Sequence record: MF327006
Length of the DNA: 64,000 nucleotides
Strand: one strand, 5' to 3'
Source: Shigella phage Sf20
Shown piece after piece: positions 8,872-16,457 of this stretch. The position numbers and the translations under genes were made by a program. The stretch's first letter is position 1. Every line of letters begins with the position of its first letter. The notes below the pieces were generated by a model. It saw nothing but the letters and a program-made list of their open reading frames with translations. It was not told where the DNA came from and searched no databases.

Positions 8872-8940
8872 ATTACCTCACTTCATATTTTAGCAGGAAC
8901 AAGTTTATCCTCCATATTGGGGGCTTTCGCCCCCCTTTGT

Positions 8941-10173
8941 TTATACTGCCATTTGAGCGGTGATTGCTGGATGGCTTTGATAGTTGTGAATTTTAAAGTC
9001 TTTCGGAGTCTTTGTCAATACCTCATCTAAAGATTTAAATTCCGGCAACTCAATTGTTGGTTTATCAAACGGAACACGGCTTAACTGTTCCATAACTTGA
9101 TCAAAGTGGTTTTTGTAAATGTGAGTATCTCCACCAGAGAAAATCAGTTCTCCTACCTCAAGATCACACATTTTCGCTATGATGTGAGTTAACAGCGCAT
9201 AGCTGGCGACGTTAAAGGGCAAGCCCAAAAAGCTATCTACGCTTCTCTGAAACCACATGCAAGATAGTTTACCTTCATTGACATAGAATTGCACGAAAGG
9301 ATGACATACACCTAATACAGCATTATGTGTTCCTTGTACGTTCCATGAGTCAATGATGATACGTCGATCCGTTGGATTGTTTTTAATTTGTTCAATCACG
9401 TTTTGTAACTGGTCTTCCCAAATCTTCGGGCGATAGACATATTCTTCATCGTCTTTAGTGCTCGATGTGTCTACGTCCATACTAGCAAAGATCGTGGTAT
9501 CTGGTGCTAAAATATCCCCACCCAGATAATCACTATCAAGCAGATAACCGAAATAACCATCATCTACCCATTCCTGGAATCCCCACAAGCAATATGCATC
9601 ATTAACAAAATTAGATTGAGTCTTCCAGTGATCGGCTACTAAGAATTGATTATATTCAGAATCAAACTCTTCATAACGCATACCACGCCAGATAGCACAT
9701 AAACGGTCTTCTGTGTCATTGGTTGGCGTAAAGTCTTCTACCCACGGGTGTTTAAATGTATGTGTATATTTGCTCTTAACGCGCTTAATTTTGATTTCAC
9801 CATGTGGATGAATCGGTTTGCGTCGCCACGCCATACCATACATATTGCCGACATTATAACCATTGAATCGCAAAGGATTCTTTTCTTTCATATCAAGACA
9901 GTTGCCGCGCCAAATGTCGAAGGCTTCTTCGTCAAACTTGCCGCGTGTAATTTCTTGTAAGCGACGGCGATCAAGTGATCCCTCCATAAACCATAGCAAC
10001 TCGCCAATTACAGAGGCTGTAGCCATCTTTTTAGTGGTCAGTAAGGGGAAACCCTTGCTTAAGTCAATTCGCATTTCTGCACCGAATTTAGAGAGCGTAC
10101 CTACCCCCGTGCGGTCTTCACGAGGCCAGCCATTATCAAGAACATCACGCAACAGTTTCAAATATTCTTTCAT
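8941..10173 (-). CDS. td: thymidylate synthase with ~130-aa internal insertion
   Basis: DRTGVGT, TTKK, ELLWF, RRIIIDSWNV, CHPFVQFY, LGLPFNVASYALL ThyA motifs; 410 aa versus ~265-290 typical. Confidence 0.85.
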   Translation of the reverse strand: MKEYLKLLRDVLDNGWPREDRTGVGTLSKFGAEMRIDLSKGFPLLTTKKMATASVIGELLWFMEGSLDRRRLQEITRGKFDEEAFDIWRGNCLDMKEKNPLRFNGYNVGNMYGMAWRRKPIHPHGEIKIKRVKSKYTHTFKHPWVEDFTPTNDTEDRLCAIWRGMRYEEFDSEYNQFLVADHWKTQSNFVNDAYCLWGFQEWVDDGYFGYLLDSDYLGGDILAPDTTIFASMDVDTSSTKDDEEYVYRPKIWEDQLQNVIEQIKNNPTDRRIIIDSWNVQGTHNAVLGVCHPFVQFYVNEGKLSCMWFQRSVDSFLGLPFNVASYALLTHIIAKMCDLEVGELIFSGGDTHIYKNHFDQVMEQLSRVPFDKPTIELPEFKSLDEVLTKTPKDFKIHNYQSHPAITAQMAV

Positions 10174-10408
10174 CCCACTTCCCCTTTTTCTTTGCTTTCT
10201 TACGCAGTTTTGCTACTGTCTCGCTAATGTTAATAAAAATATCGTCTGGACCGAATACAGTAACAGGTCTTGATATATCGCTATTTTCTTGTACAGGAAA
10301 CCATGACGCTTTCGATTCATCATAGAGATATTGCAACCCGTAAAGATCTTCTGCTACTGCGTAGTTTTCATGGGTTGCCGACCATAATCGAATAATATTG
10401 ATTTTCAT
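10145..10408 (-). CDS. hypothetical protein
   Basis: ORF track ORF trimmed to ATG at 10406-10408 (MKINIIRLW...); 3' end overlaps td start. Confidence 0.4.
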   Translation of the reverse strand: MKINIIRLWSATHENYAVAEDLYGLQYLYDESKASWFPVQENSDISRPVTVFGPDDIFINISETVAKLRKKAKKKGKWDERIFETVA

Positions 10409-10500
10409 TATTGTTCCCGTCCGCAGTGTAAACACCGACTACCAGCAAACATCAAAGATTCACCACAATGTTTGCACTCATAATCTGTCAGAATTTTCAT
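10408..10500 (-). CDS. zinc-ribbon micro-protein (30 aa)
   Basis: Hand-translated MKILTDYECKHCGESLMFAGSRCLHCGREQ (CxxC...CxxC); between frd stop and next start. Confidence 0.25.
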   Translation of the reverse strand: MKILTDYECKHCGESLMFAGSRCLHCGREQ

Positions 10501-10501
10501 G

Positions 10502-11071
10502 TTACGCCTTCTTACGTTCTAAAATTTGTTCGCTGATCAGGTAATCATCAAGGAAGTAATTATGTTCTTCTTTTGTTGCAAAGTCAAAATATAATTCCTG
10601 AATCATTTCCTTAGAGATACCAACATCATATTCGAACGGATCATTAATTCCTGCTCGTTGAACATACGTTAACACAATACGGTCCGCAAAGTCAACCGCT
10701 TTTTCAATCAGGGAAGGTCCGCCGATAACACTTACCAAACCTTGCGTTTTCTCTAGGGCTTTTAACAGATCCTTCAATTCAATTCCAGTATACACATCAG
10801 GTTGGTCGCCGTTTTTAGCTTTCGGTTCTGGCTTGTTGGTATCGGTGCTAACAACCACATTCAAACGTCCCCAAAGTGCTTTAGGCAGACTTTCAAAGGT
10901 ATTGCGTCCCATTACTACCGCAGAAAAATCAACCTCGCCAATAGTGCGCATTTTAAAGTTTTCCATGTCCTTTTTGATTGGACGCCCCCACGGTAAACCG
11001 CCTTTAAAACCAAAAGCCCAATTTTCATCTGACATTTTAGTGTCACCAATCGCAAATACACATTGAATCAT
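10502..11071 (-). CDS. frd: dihydrofolate reductase
   Basis: 189 aa; AFGFKGGLPWGRP...VMGRNTFESLP...VIGG DHFR motifs. Confidence 0.85.
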   Translation of the reverse strand: MIQCVFAIGDTKMSDENWAFGFKGGLPWGRPIKKDMENFKMRTIGEVDFSAVVMGRNTFESLPKALWGRLNVVVSTDTNKPEPKAKNGDQPDVYTGIELKDLLKALEKTQGLVSVIGGPSLIEKAVDFADRIVLTYVQRAGINDPFEYDVGISKEMIQELYFDFATKEEHNYFLDDYLISEQILERKKA

Positions 11072-11086
11072 AATATAAATCTCCCA

Positions 11087-11416
11087 TCAAATCAGTTTGA
11101 AATAGTTTTCGTTTACATTTTCTTCTGTGATTGCTGTCTTAAATTCTTGACCGTTATCCGGTGTGATGAAATAACGGTCAGAATAATCACGAAAACGTTT
11201 TAAGTGAGATACCCCAACATTAACACCATTTTCCCAAAAACGAAAGGTAATCATTTTTGGTTCATATCGATAGTCGCTGGTTAACACAGTACCATCACCG
11301 CGACGGGCTTCATAAACCGTAATACATTCACGATTAGCGGCTTTAAGACATTCTTCAATAGTGCCGCACGAGATAATACTTAATTTTTCATCTACGATTT
11401 GTTCTACAGTCCACAT
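11087..11416 (-). CDS. hypothetical protein
   Basis: ORF trimmed to ATG at 11414-11416 with SD GAGAGGA. Confidence 0.45.
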   Translation of the reverse strand: MWTVEQIVDEKLSIISCGTIEECLKAANRECITVYEARRGDGTVLTSDYRYEPKMITFRFWENGVNVGVSHLKRFRDYSDRYFITPDNGQEFKTAITEENVNENYFKLI

Positions 11417-11447
11417 AATATAATCCTCTCTTTGTTTCGATATGTGC

Positions 11448-11475
11448 ATTATACACTATTGCGTTACGCTGTCAA
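11448..11475 (-). promoter_or_regulatory. sigma70-type early promoter
   Basis: Minus sense TTGACA-N16-TATAAT. Confidence 0.55.
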
Positions 11476-12273
11476 CTCTTTTTCAAAAGATTTTACGATA
11501 TACATTAAATTTCTAATTTCGGACGGTGGGATTGTCTCTGTCCACCCGTCCGGCATAACTTTTTGCGATACGTGGCGTGTTTTATTACTAAGTTTTTGTC
11601 GAACAATACCCTCTAATTTTAGGGGTATGTTTCCATCTTTAGTTGTTAACGTATGGAATATAAAGTGACGAACGGAAGACACGCTGGATTGCTGTTTCAT
11701 CCTTTCCTCGGCTTTTTTGTTAGTGATTCCGAACTTATACCCGACAATACAACCCCAATTATCAACCAGTTTTTGTATATAAAAGGTTCCTGGTTTTCTT
11801 TTATCATAACCTCCTTTTTGAGTGGGACATTTCGGACACTGCATATCATCTAAAGATGCGACATATTTGCCATGAACGCAGCAATCCATACTTAGATTCT
11901 TTTCTCTTGCATTAATATACCCATTAATAAATCCATTGGATTTTACTTTTTCATTATGAGAACAAAATTCATCAATTCGTATATTTGCTGATATAACATT
12001 TTTTCTTCTCATTCGTTCCATCCAACATTCTTGACAACCACCTCCCCCATTTTTAAGTATATCGATAGTGGTTAATTTTTGCTTGTGGTTTGGATTTAAT
12101 CCACAAGCAATTTTAATTTTAGATCGTACACCAGACCACTCATAGAATCCCAAATATATCATATCTCCGCTTTTTATTTTTGGCGAATTTAATGCTTCAT
12201 TTTCAATCTCAATTGGAGATTTTGAATTATAGTAATGGATATATTCTATATCTTTAGCAAATCTGGTGTTCAT
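11464..12273 (-). CDS. Cys-rich protein with possible C-terminal GIY-YIG-like (T5orf172-like) fold
   Basis: ORF trimmed to ATG 12271-12273 with SD GGAGGA; CQEC, CCVHG, CPKCP clusters; C-terminal FYIQKL...VGYKFGIT...ERMKQ. Confidence 0.45.
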   Translation of the reverse strand: MNTRFAKDIEYIHYYNSKSPIEIENEALNSPKIKSGDMIYLGFYEWSGVRSKIKIACGLNPNHKQKLTTIDILKNGGGGCQECWMERMRRKNVISANIRIDEFCSHNEKVKSNGFINGYINAREKNLSMDCCVHGKYVASLDDMQCPKCPTQKGGYDKRKPGTFYIQKLVDNWGCIVGYKFGITNKKAEERMKQQSSVSSVRHFIFHTLTTKDGNIPLKLEGIVRQKLSNKTRHVSQKVMPDGWTETIPPSEIRNLMYIVKSFEKELTA

Positions 12274-12300
12274 TTTGTCCTCCGTTGTTTCTATGCTTGC

Positions 12301-12328
12301 ATTATACATTATCTCGGATCAGTGTCAA
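12301..12328 (-). promoter_or_regulatory. sigma70-type early promoter
   Basis: Minus sense TTGACA-N16-TATAAT. Confidence 0.55.
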
Positions 12329-12342
12329 CACCTTTTTCATAA

Positions 12343-12371
12343 AAATTTAGGCAATAAAAAAGCCTCCCCTT
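12343..12371 (-). terminator. intrinsic terminator downstream of gene 32
   Basis: Minus-sense hairpin GCCUCCCC-GAA-GGGGAGGC followed by UUUUUUAUU. Confidence 0.7.
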
Positions 12372-12391
12372 CGGGGAGGCTATAAAATTCA

Positions 12392-13360
12392 TCACATCGC
12401 TAACAGAGAGTCCAGGTCATCCAGATCAGAAGCGGAGGAAGTACCGCCACCCAGGTCCAGAGATGCCATCAGGTCATCAGCGGAAGAATCTAACGCCGTG
12501 CTAGCTGCATTAATACCAACTACAGTGCTAGCTGCGGTCATACCAGAATCGAATGCATTCATCTGTGCGTCAAAATCGTCAAGCTGGCTGTTAATCGCTG
12601 CCGCAGCACTGGAAGCCGCAGCACCAGCTACCATAGAAACGCCCATAGTTTTCTTAAATTTGGTTTCCAGTTCATCGAACGGTTTAAACTGGCTAGGCGC
12701 TACAATCTCACTCAGATCAACCATGTTTTCCATCAGATATTTCTGATATGCTTCGTCTTCAATTTTCGGAAGCTGTGATTGCTGCATGAAACGAGAATCA
12801 TCATAGTTCTGGTGTTTATCAACCTTCTTAGCTTTCAGGAGGAAGTTAGCACCAGAGAACACACAAGTTACATCGACCGGAACTTCGCCCATATCGGTAT
12901 TCACGTTAACCATTGCAACGATCTTATCATAAATTTTCTGACCGAAGCGGAATTTGAATACCTTACCTTCATTTTCTGGTGCTTGAGGATCTTTCAGTAC
13001 CAGAATATTTGCGTAGTAAGACGCTTTACGCTTAATCAGTTGCCATTCGGTTTTATCGGTATTGTACAGGTCTTTTTCGTTAATATATTTGCACACAGGG
13101 CAAGAATCAAAATCACCGTGGGTGCTGGAGCAGTTTTCCCAATACCATTTACCATTAACTTTGAAGGAATGGTTTACCAGTTTCACAATCGGCAGACCGT
13201 CTTCTGTCTTAGACGGCAGGAAGCGAATCAGTGCTTCACCGTTACCTGCTGCATCAGTCTTAATCTTCCACTCTTTCGGATCTTCTTTGGAGAAACCGTT
13301 GCCACCTTTCAGTGCGGCCAGTTGAGCTTGCAGTTTGGAAGAATCTTGGCGTTTAAACAT
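12392..13360 (-). CDS. 32: single-stranded DNA-binding protein
   Basis: [19 protein letters not shown] zinc site, [18 protein letters not shown], acidic C-terminus DLDDLDSLL; ATG at 13358-13360. Confidence 0.95.
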   Translation of the reverse strand: MFKRQDSSKLQAQLAALKGGNGFSKEDPKEWKIKTDAAGNGEALIRFLPSKTEDGLPIVKLVNHSFKVNGKWYWENCSSTHGDFDSCPVCKYINEKDLYNTDKTEWQLIKRKASYYANILVLKDPQAPENEGKVFKFRFGQKIYDKIVAMVNVNTDMGEVPVDVTCVFSGANFLLKAKKVDKHQNYDDSRFMQQSQLPKIEDEAYQKYLMENMVDLSEIVAPSQFKPFDELETKFKKTMGVSMVAGAAASSAAAAINSQLDDFDAQMNAFDSGMTAASTVVGINAASTALDSSADDLMASLDLGGGTSSASDLDDLDSLLAM

Positions 13361-13396
13361 ATTCACTATTCCTTCTTTTGATTGATTTACTAGACT

Positions 13397-13424
13397 ATTA
13401 TACAGATTTAAATTTACTTGTCAA
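13397..13424 (-). promoter_or_regulatory. sigma70-type promoter upstream of gene 32
   Basis: Minus sense TTGACA-N16-TATAAT. Confidence 0.5.
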
Positions 13425-14101
13425 CTATTTGTTTCGGCTTTTAATTGAGATATTTCTTTACACTCTTTAACTACTTTAACAAATAATGCTCTTGCTTTTG
13501 CGGCGTCAATAACAAGTAGTTTCTTGTACGCCTTCATTTTAACACTATAAGTTTGCCAAATCAAGTCTTTGGCTACCTTATCGTGTTCGTCGATTATATT
13601 TAGAAAGCTATCTAACAACATAAACGACTCAAACGATATAATCCGATTTTGCAGTAGTTTAAAAATACCGCTTGTTTCGGTTGCGGGATTATATGTAATT
13701 AGCTCTTTAAGAGTAACCCCGCGTTTCTCGGAGAAGTATACCAGACTTTTAATGTCATCGTCAAATCGTGTTGCTGCATCGGTTATCTTTCCTATGTATT
13801 CCATATAAAAGCCGTATGCGTCAACATCAGTGATTTCACCTACCCATGCATCGGTATTAGCTACCAGATTGCTTAGGAATAGGAAGTATAATTCTCTTAG
13901 ATTGTACTTTTCCGCTAATTTTGCGAAATAATACTTATCTCTGCGTTTATTGAATGCGGCATCAGACAACCGCATCCTCCAATTGTATTTTACGCAATCA
14001 TAACGCCCGTTCATGTGAGCTTTCATCATGCAATATAACATATACACAGATTTAGCATTAATTCGCATATCTGGATCTGGAGGAAGACGGTTTCTGATCA
14101 T
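13421..14101 (-). CDS. 59: helicase loader
   Basis: 226 aa; KSVYMLYCMMKAHMNGRYDCVKYNWRMRLSDAAFNKRRDKYYF... matches T4 gp59. Confidence 0.85.
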   Translation of the reverse strand: MIRNRLPPDPDMRINAKSVYMLYCMMKAHMNGRYDCVKYNWRMRLSDAAFNKRRDKYYFAKLAEKYNLRELYFLFLSNLVANTDAWVGEITDVDAYGFYMEYIGKITDAATRFDDDIKSLVYFSEKRGVTLKELITYNPATETSGIFKLLQNRIISFESFMLLDSFLNIIDEHDKVAKDLIWQTYSVKMKAYKKLLVIDAAKARALFVKVVKECKEISQLKAETNS

Positions 14102-14110
14102 ACATACCCC

Positions 14111-14380
14111 TTAAATATCGAGAGTGTTGGTCGGTTCGTCGATCACTCCCTTCCTGAGCGTTCTATTTACTATACATTCTTGTGTGATCTTGTCAATAAT
14201 GGACACCGGAATATACTTCTGATAGTGACCATATTCTATAGAGTTTTCCTCTACAAACTGAGTTGTCGCTTCAAGATAAGTCAATCCCTCTTCAACAACC
14301 AGTTTTTCGATTGCAAGACCGTTTGCTGTTTTATTCGCGGCTTTTACCGCATGTTCATTAAGCATTGAACACCCGATCAT
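14111..14380 (-). CDS. 33: late transcription co-activator
   Basis: IEKLVVEEGLTYLEATTQFVEENSI...NTLDI resembles T4 gp33; start uncertain (14380 or 14365). Confidence 0.65.
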   Translation of the reverse strand: MIGCSMLNEHAVKAANKTANGLAIEKLVVEEGLTYLEATTQFVEENSIEYGHYQKYIPVSIIDKITQECIVNRTLRKGVIDEPTNTLDI

Positions 14381-14633
14381 AGAGTTCTACCGCTTCATCG
14401 CGTTCTGCTTCGAAGGTTTCGCGCTGTTGCTGGTGATACAGTTTAAACAGAATGCCCCACATTTTACCATCTACGCCTAATTCTTCTTTAGCACGCTGTT
14501 TGATCTCTTTGATCTTATCGCCATATGCTTCTTGAATGGTTTTCTGATCGCTGGCTTCTTTAATCAGTTGTGCCAGGGTGTTTCCGTGCACTGCTTCGTC
14601 AAATACTACTTTTTCTTTTTTCTGTTCAGTCAT
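14358..14633 (-). CDS. dsbA: putative dsDNA-binding protein DsbA
   Basis: 91 aa; positional match between 33 and rnh; SD AGAGGG. Confidence 0.5.
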   Translation of the reverse strand: MTEQKKEKVVFDEAVHGNTLAQLIKEASDQKTIQEAYGDKIKEIKQRAKEELGVDGKMWGILFKLYHQQQRETFEAERDEAVELYDRVFNA

Positions 14634-14637
14634 AATA

Positions 14638-15237
14638 TTAACCCTCTTTAGTCATTAATTGAAAACCACGTTCAGCTTTTGATATTTCGCTAGGACTTAA
14701 ATCGTCACCAACATATCCTAGCATCATTTCTCGGATAATGTCAAGTGCTTTTTCATCACCTGATTTTAACTCGAACTCAAGTTCATAATGAGCAGTGTCG
14801 CCCAATCCTTCGCCTACTTTGCCATAATAGAAAGTGTCTTTGCACATTTCCACTATACCACAACCCATATCTAGAGTCAATGACTTGCGATATGTCATTA
14901 CTTGCATTATTGCAGTGATATAGTCGGAGTTTACCCCTAGACAATCAATAAAATGGACGAACTCATCCCAATTTGAAAATGTCATTTCCTCGCGGTTGAA
15001 TAGTCCAGATTCATTATCACCCATTTTGACCATGATCTCTGATTTTCTACAGTCAAGTCGTGCATAAATTCCTTTTTGACGTAGCGCATGATCTTCGGTA
15101 TCATAATAAAATTCGTGTTTTAATATGTTATCTCGGTCTAATAGATTGTACCCGTCATACATTGCCACCCACAAATCACAGATTGTTTCTACACCATCCT
15201 GTGAATGGGCATAGTATTTTAATTCAAGTTCTTTCAT
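14638..15237 (-). CDS. CYTH-domain protein (triphosphate tunnel metalloenzyme; CyaB/YgiF-like)
   Basis: N-terminal ELELKY (ExExK), EFYYDTEDHALRQKGIYARL, YELEFELKSGD, SKAERGFQLMT; ATG at 15235-15237. Confidence 0.6.
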   Translation of the reverse strand: MKELELKYYAHSQDGVETICDLWVAMYDGYNLLDRDNILKHEFYYDTEDHALRQKGIYARLDCRKSEIMVKMGDNESGLFNREEMTFSNWDEFVHFIDCLGVNSDYITAIMQVMTYRKSLTLDMGCGIVEMCKDTFYYGKVGEGLGDTAHYELEFELKSGDEKALDIIREMMLGYVGDDLSPSEISKAERGFQLMTKEG

Positions 15238-15247
15238 ATGTCAACCC

Positions 15248-16195
15248 TTAGAACTCACCAATTTTCTGCAACATTTTAACTAACGCATTTGTTACAAAAT
15301 AGTTATAAATTTTACCGCGTGGTGCTGGTTTAGATTTCTCCCATGCTAACAAAATTTCATATTCGATGTTATCAGGAATAAATTCAAAATCAATAAGTTC
15401 GCGGTTTTCGTCAAAGCGTCGTGCTTCTTCCTCTGTCATCAAAGACTTTGGATCTTCGGCATCGAAAATTTGCTCTAACCATTTGGTTGCAATTGGTTTA
15501 GCTCTTTCTCCTTCCAGTCGTGAGATAATGAAATCACTACGGCACTTGATCGAAGCCACACCGTCTTTTGCGTCACCCTTAACACATTTTACCATAAGGT
15601 CTTTGTAAGGGCTACCATATTTGCATTTCTTCCATGCTTTCTGTACTGGTGCCCACTGTTTCACATTTTTGTATTTGTGTAACTGTGTGTAGTCACCATC
15701 GCCGGAGTTGATTAGCACCTGGCGACCTTCTACAGAAAACTTTTTAGTTAACACAGCGATTATATCATCCGCTTCAACTTTGTCAACCTTAATAACGTGA
15801 TAAGGCATGTTCTCTTTAAACTCTTCGGTGATCTTATTGATCGCAGCAAAGATCATCTCCCAATCACGCGGATCTGCGTCTCGTTTTTCCTTACGGTTGC
15901 GTTTATAGTAAGGTGCGATATCACGTCGCCAGTAACCTTTGCTTGAATCAAAGGCAAGTACCGTAATTGGGTATTGCTCTTTGAATTTTGTCATATTATA
16001 ACGCATGGTGTCAAGGATAAGATGACGAATCATGCCTTCATTAATAGGATCTTCCGGTTTAAAGGTATGCGAGATAGTAGCAATCATAAGCTGCGACATA
16101 TCAATCAAATGCACACCTTCCGGCAGTTTATCTTCTGGATCATCAAAAAAATCATTAAGTGTAGCGGTAGTTTTTGTAAACGGGTTATACGTCAT
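15248..16195 (-). CDS. rnh: RNase H / 5'-3' exonuclease (FEN-1 family)
   Basis: 315 aa; acidic clusters VEADDIIAVL, NSGDGDYTQL; SD GGAGAG. Confidence 0.9.
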   Translation of the reverse strand: MTYNPFTKTTATLNDFFDDPEDKLPEGVHLIDMSQLMIATISHTFKPEDPINEGMIRHLILDTMRYNMTKFKEQYPITVLAFDSSKGYWRRDIAPYYKRNRKEKRDADPRDWEMIFAAINKITEEFKENMPYHVIKVDKVEADDIIAVLTKKFSVEGRQVLINSGDGDYTQLHKYKNVKQWAPVQKAWKKCKYGSPYKDLMVKCVKGDAKDGVASIKCRSDFIISRLEGERAKPIATKWLEQIFDAEDPKSLMTEEEARRFDENRELIDFEFIPDNIEYEILLAWEKSKPAPRGKIYNYFVTNALVKMLQKIGEF

Positions 16196-16197
16196 AA

Positions 16198-16383
16198 TTA
16201 AGTTCTCTCCACTCTCACAACAACATATTCGCCAAACGAGTTAGATACTTCACGATCATACCCGTATTTCTCCATAACTCGCAGAATTGCATTGTTTAAT
16301 TCGGCACGGAAATAATTATAATCCTTATCAGGGATTCTGTCAACTACCCATTTTGCACCTTCTGACAAATCAACTTTAACCAT
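16198..16383 (-). CDS. hypothetical protein
   Basis: ORF track 61 aa; coupled to rnh. Confidence 0.4.
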   Translation of the reverse strand: MVKVDLSEGAKWVVDRIPDKDYNYFRAELNNAILRVMEKYGYDREVSNSFGEYVVVRVERT

Positions 16384-16421
16384 AATATATCATCCTCTTT
16401 TGTTTCTATCAAGCCTCATTT

Positions 16422-16429
16422 TATAAATA
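16422..16429 (+). promoter_or_regulatory. T4-type late promoter (TATAAATA) for gene 34
   Basis: Exact TATAAATA ~28 nt upstream of the gene 34 ATG. Confidence 0.6.
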
Positions 16430-16457
16430 TGAACATACTATAAAAGGAGACCCAATA

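Noticed and set aside
8919-8934. Intrinsic terminator between td and nrdA
   Set aside because: The GC hairpin is not followed by a U-tract on the transcribed (minus) strand, so a stability or processing element seems more likely than a terminator.
8941-10173. Group I intron or intein in td
   Set aside because: The ORF is continuous through all ThyA motifs, and the inserted segment lacks intein boundary residues (no N-terminal Cys/Ser, no C-terminal His-Asn).
12779-13381. 200-aa plus-strand ORF antisense to gene 32, and similar antisense ORFs (e.g. 6940-7317, 33976-34425, 36598-36948, 63449-63961)
   Set aside because: They lie entirely within well-supported minus-strand core genes, have no SD sequences and give low-complexity translations; treated as frame shadows.
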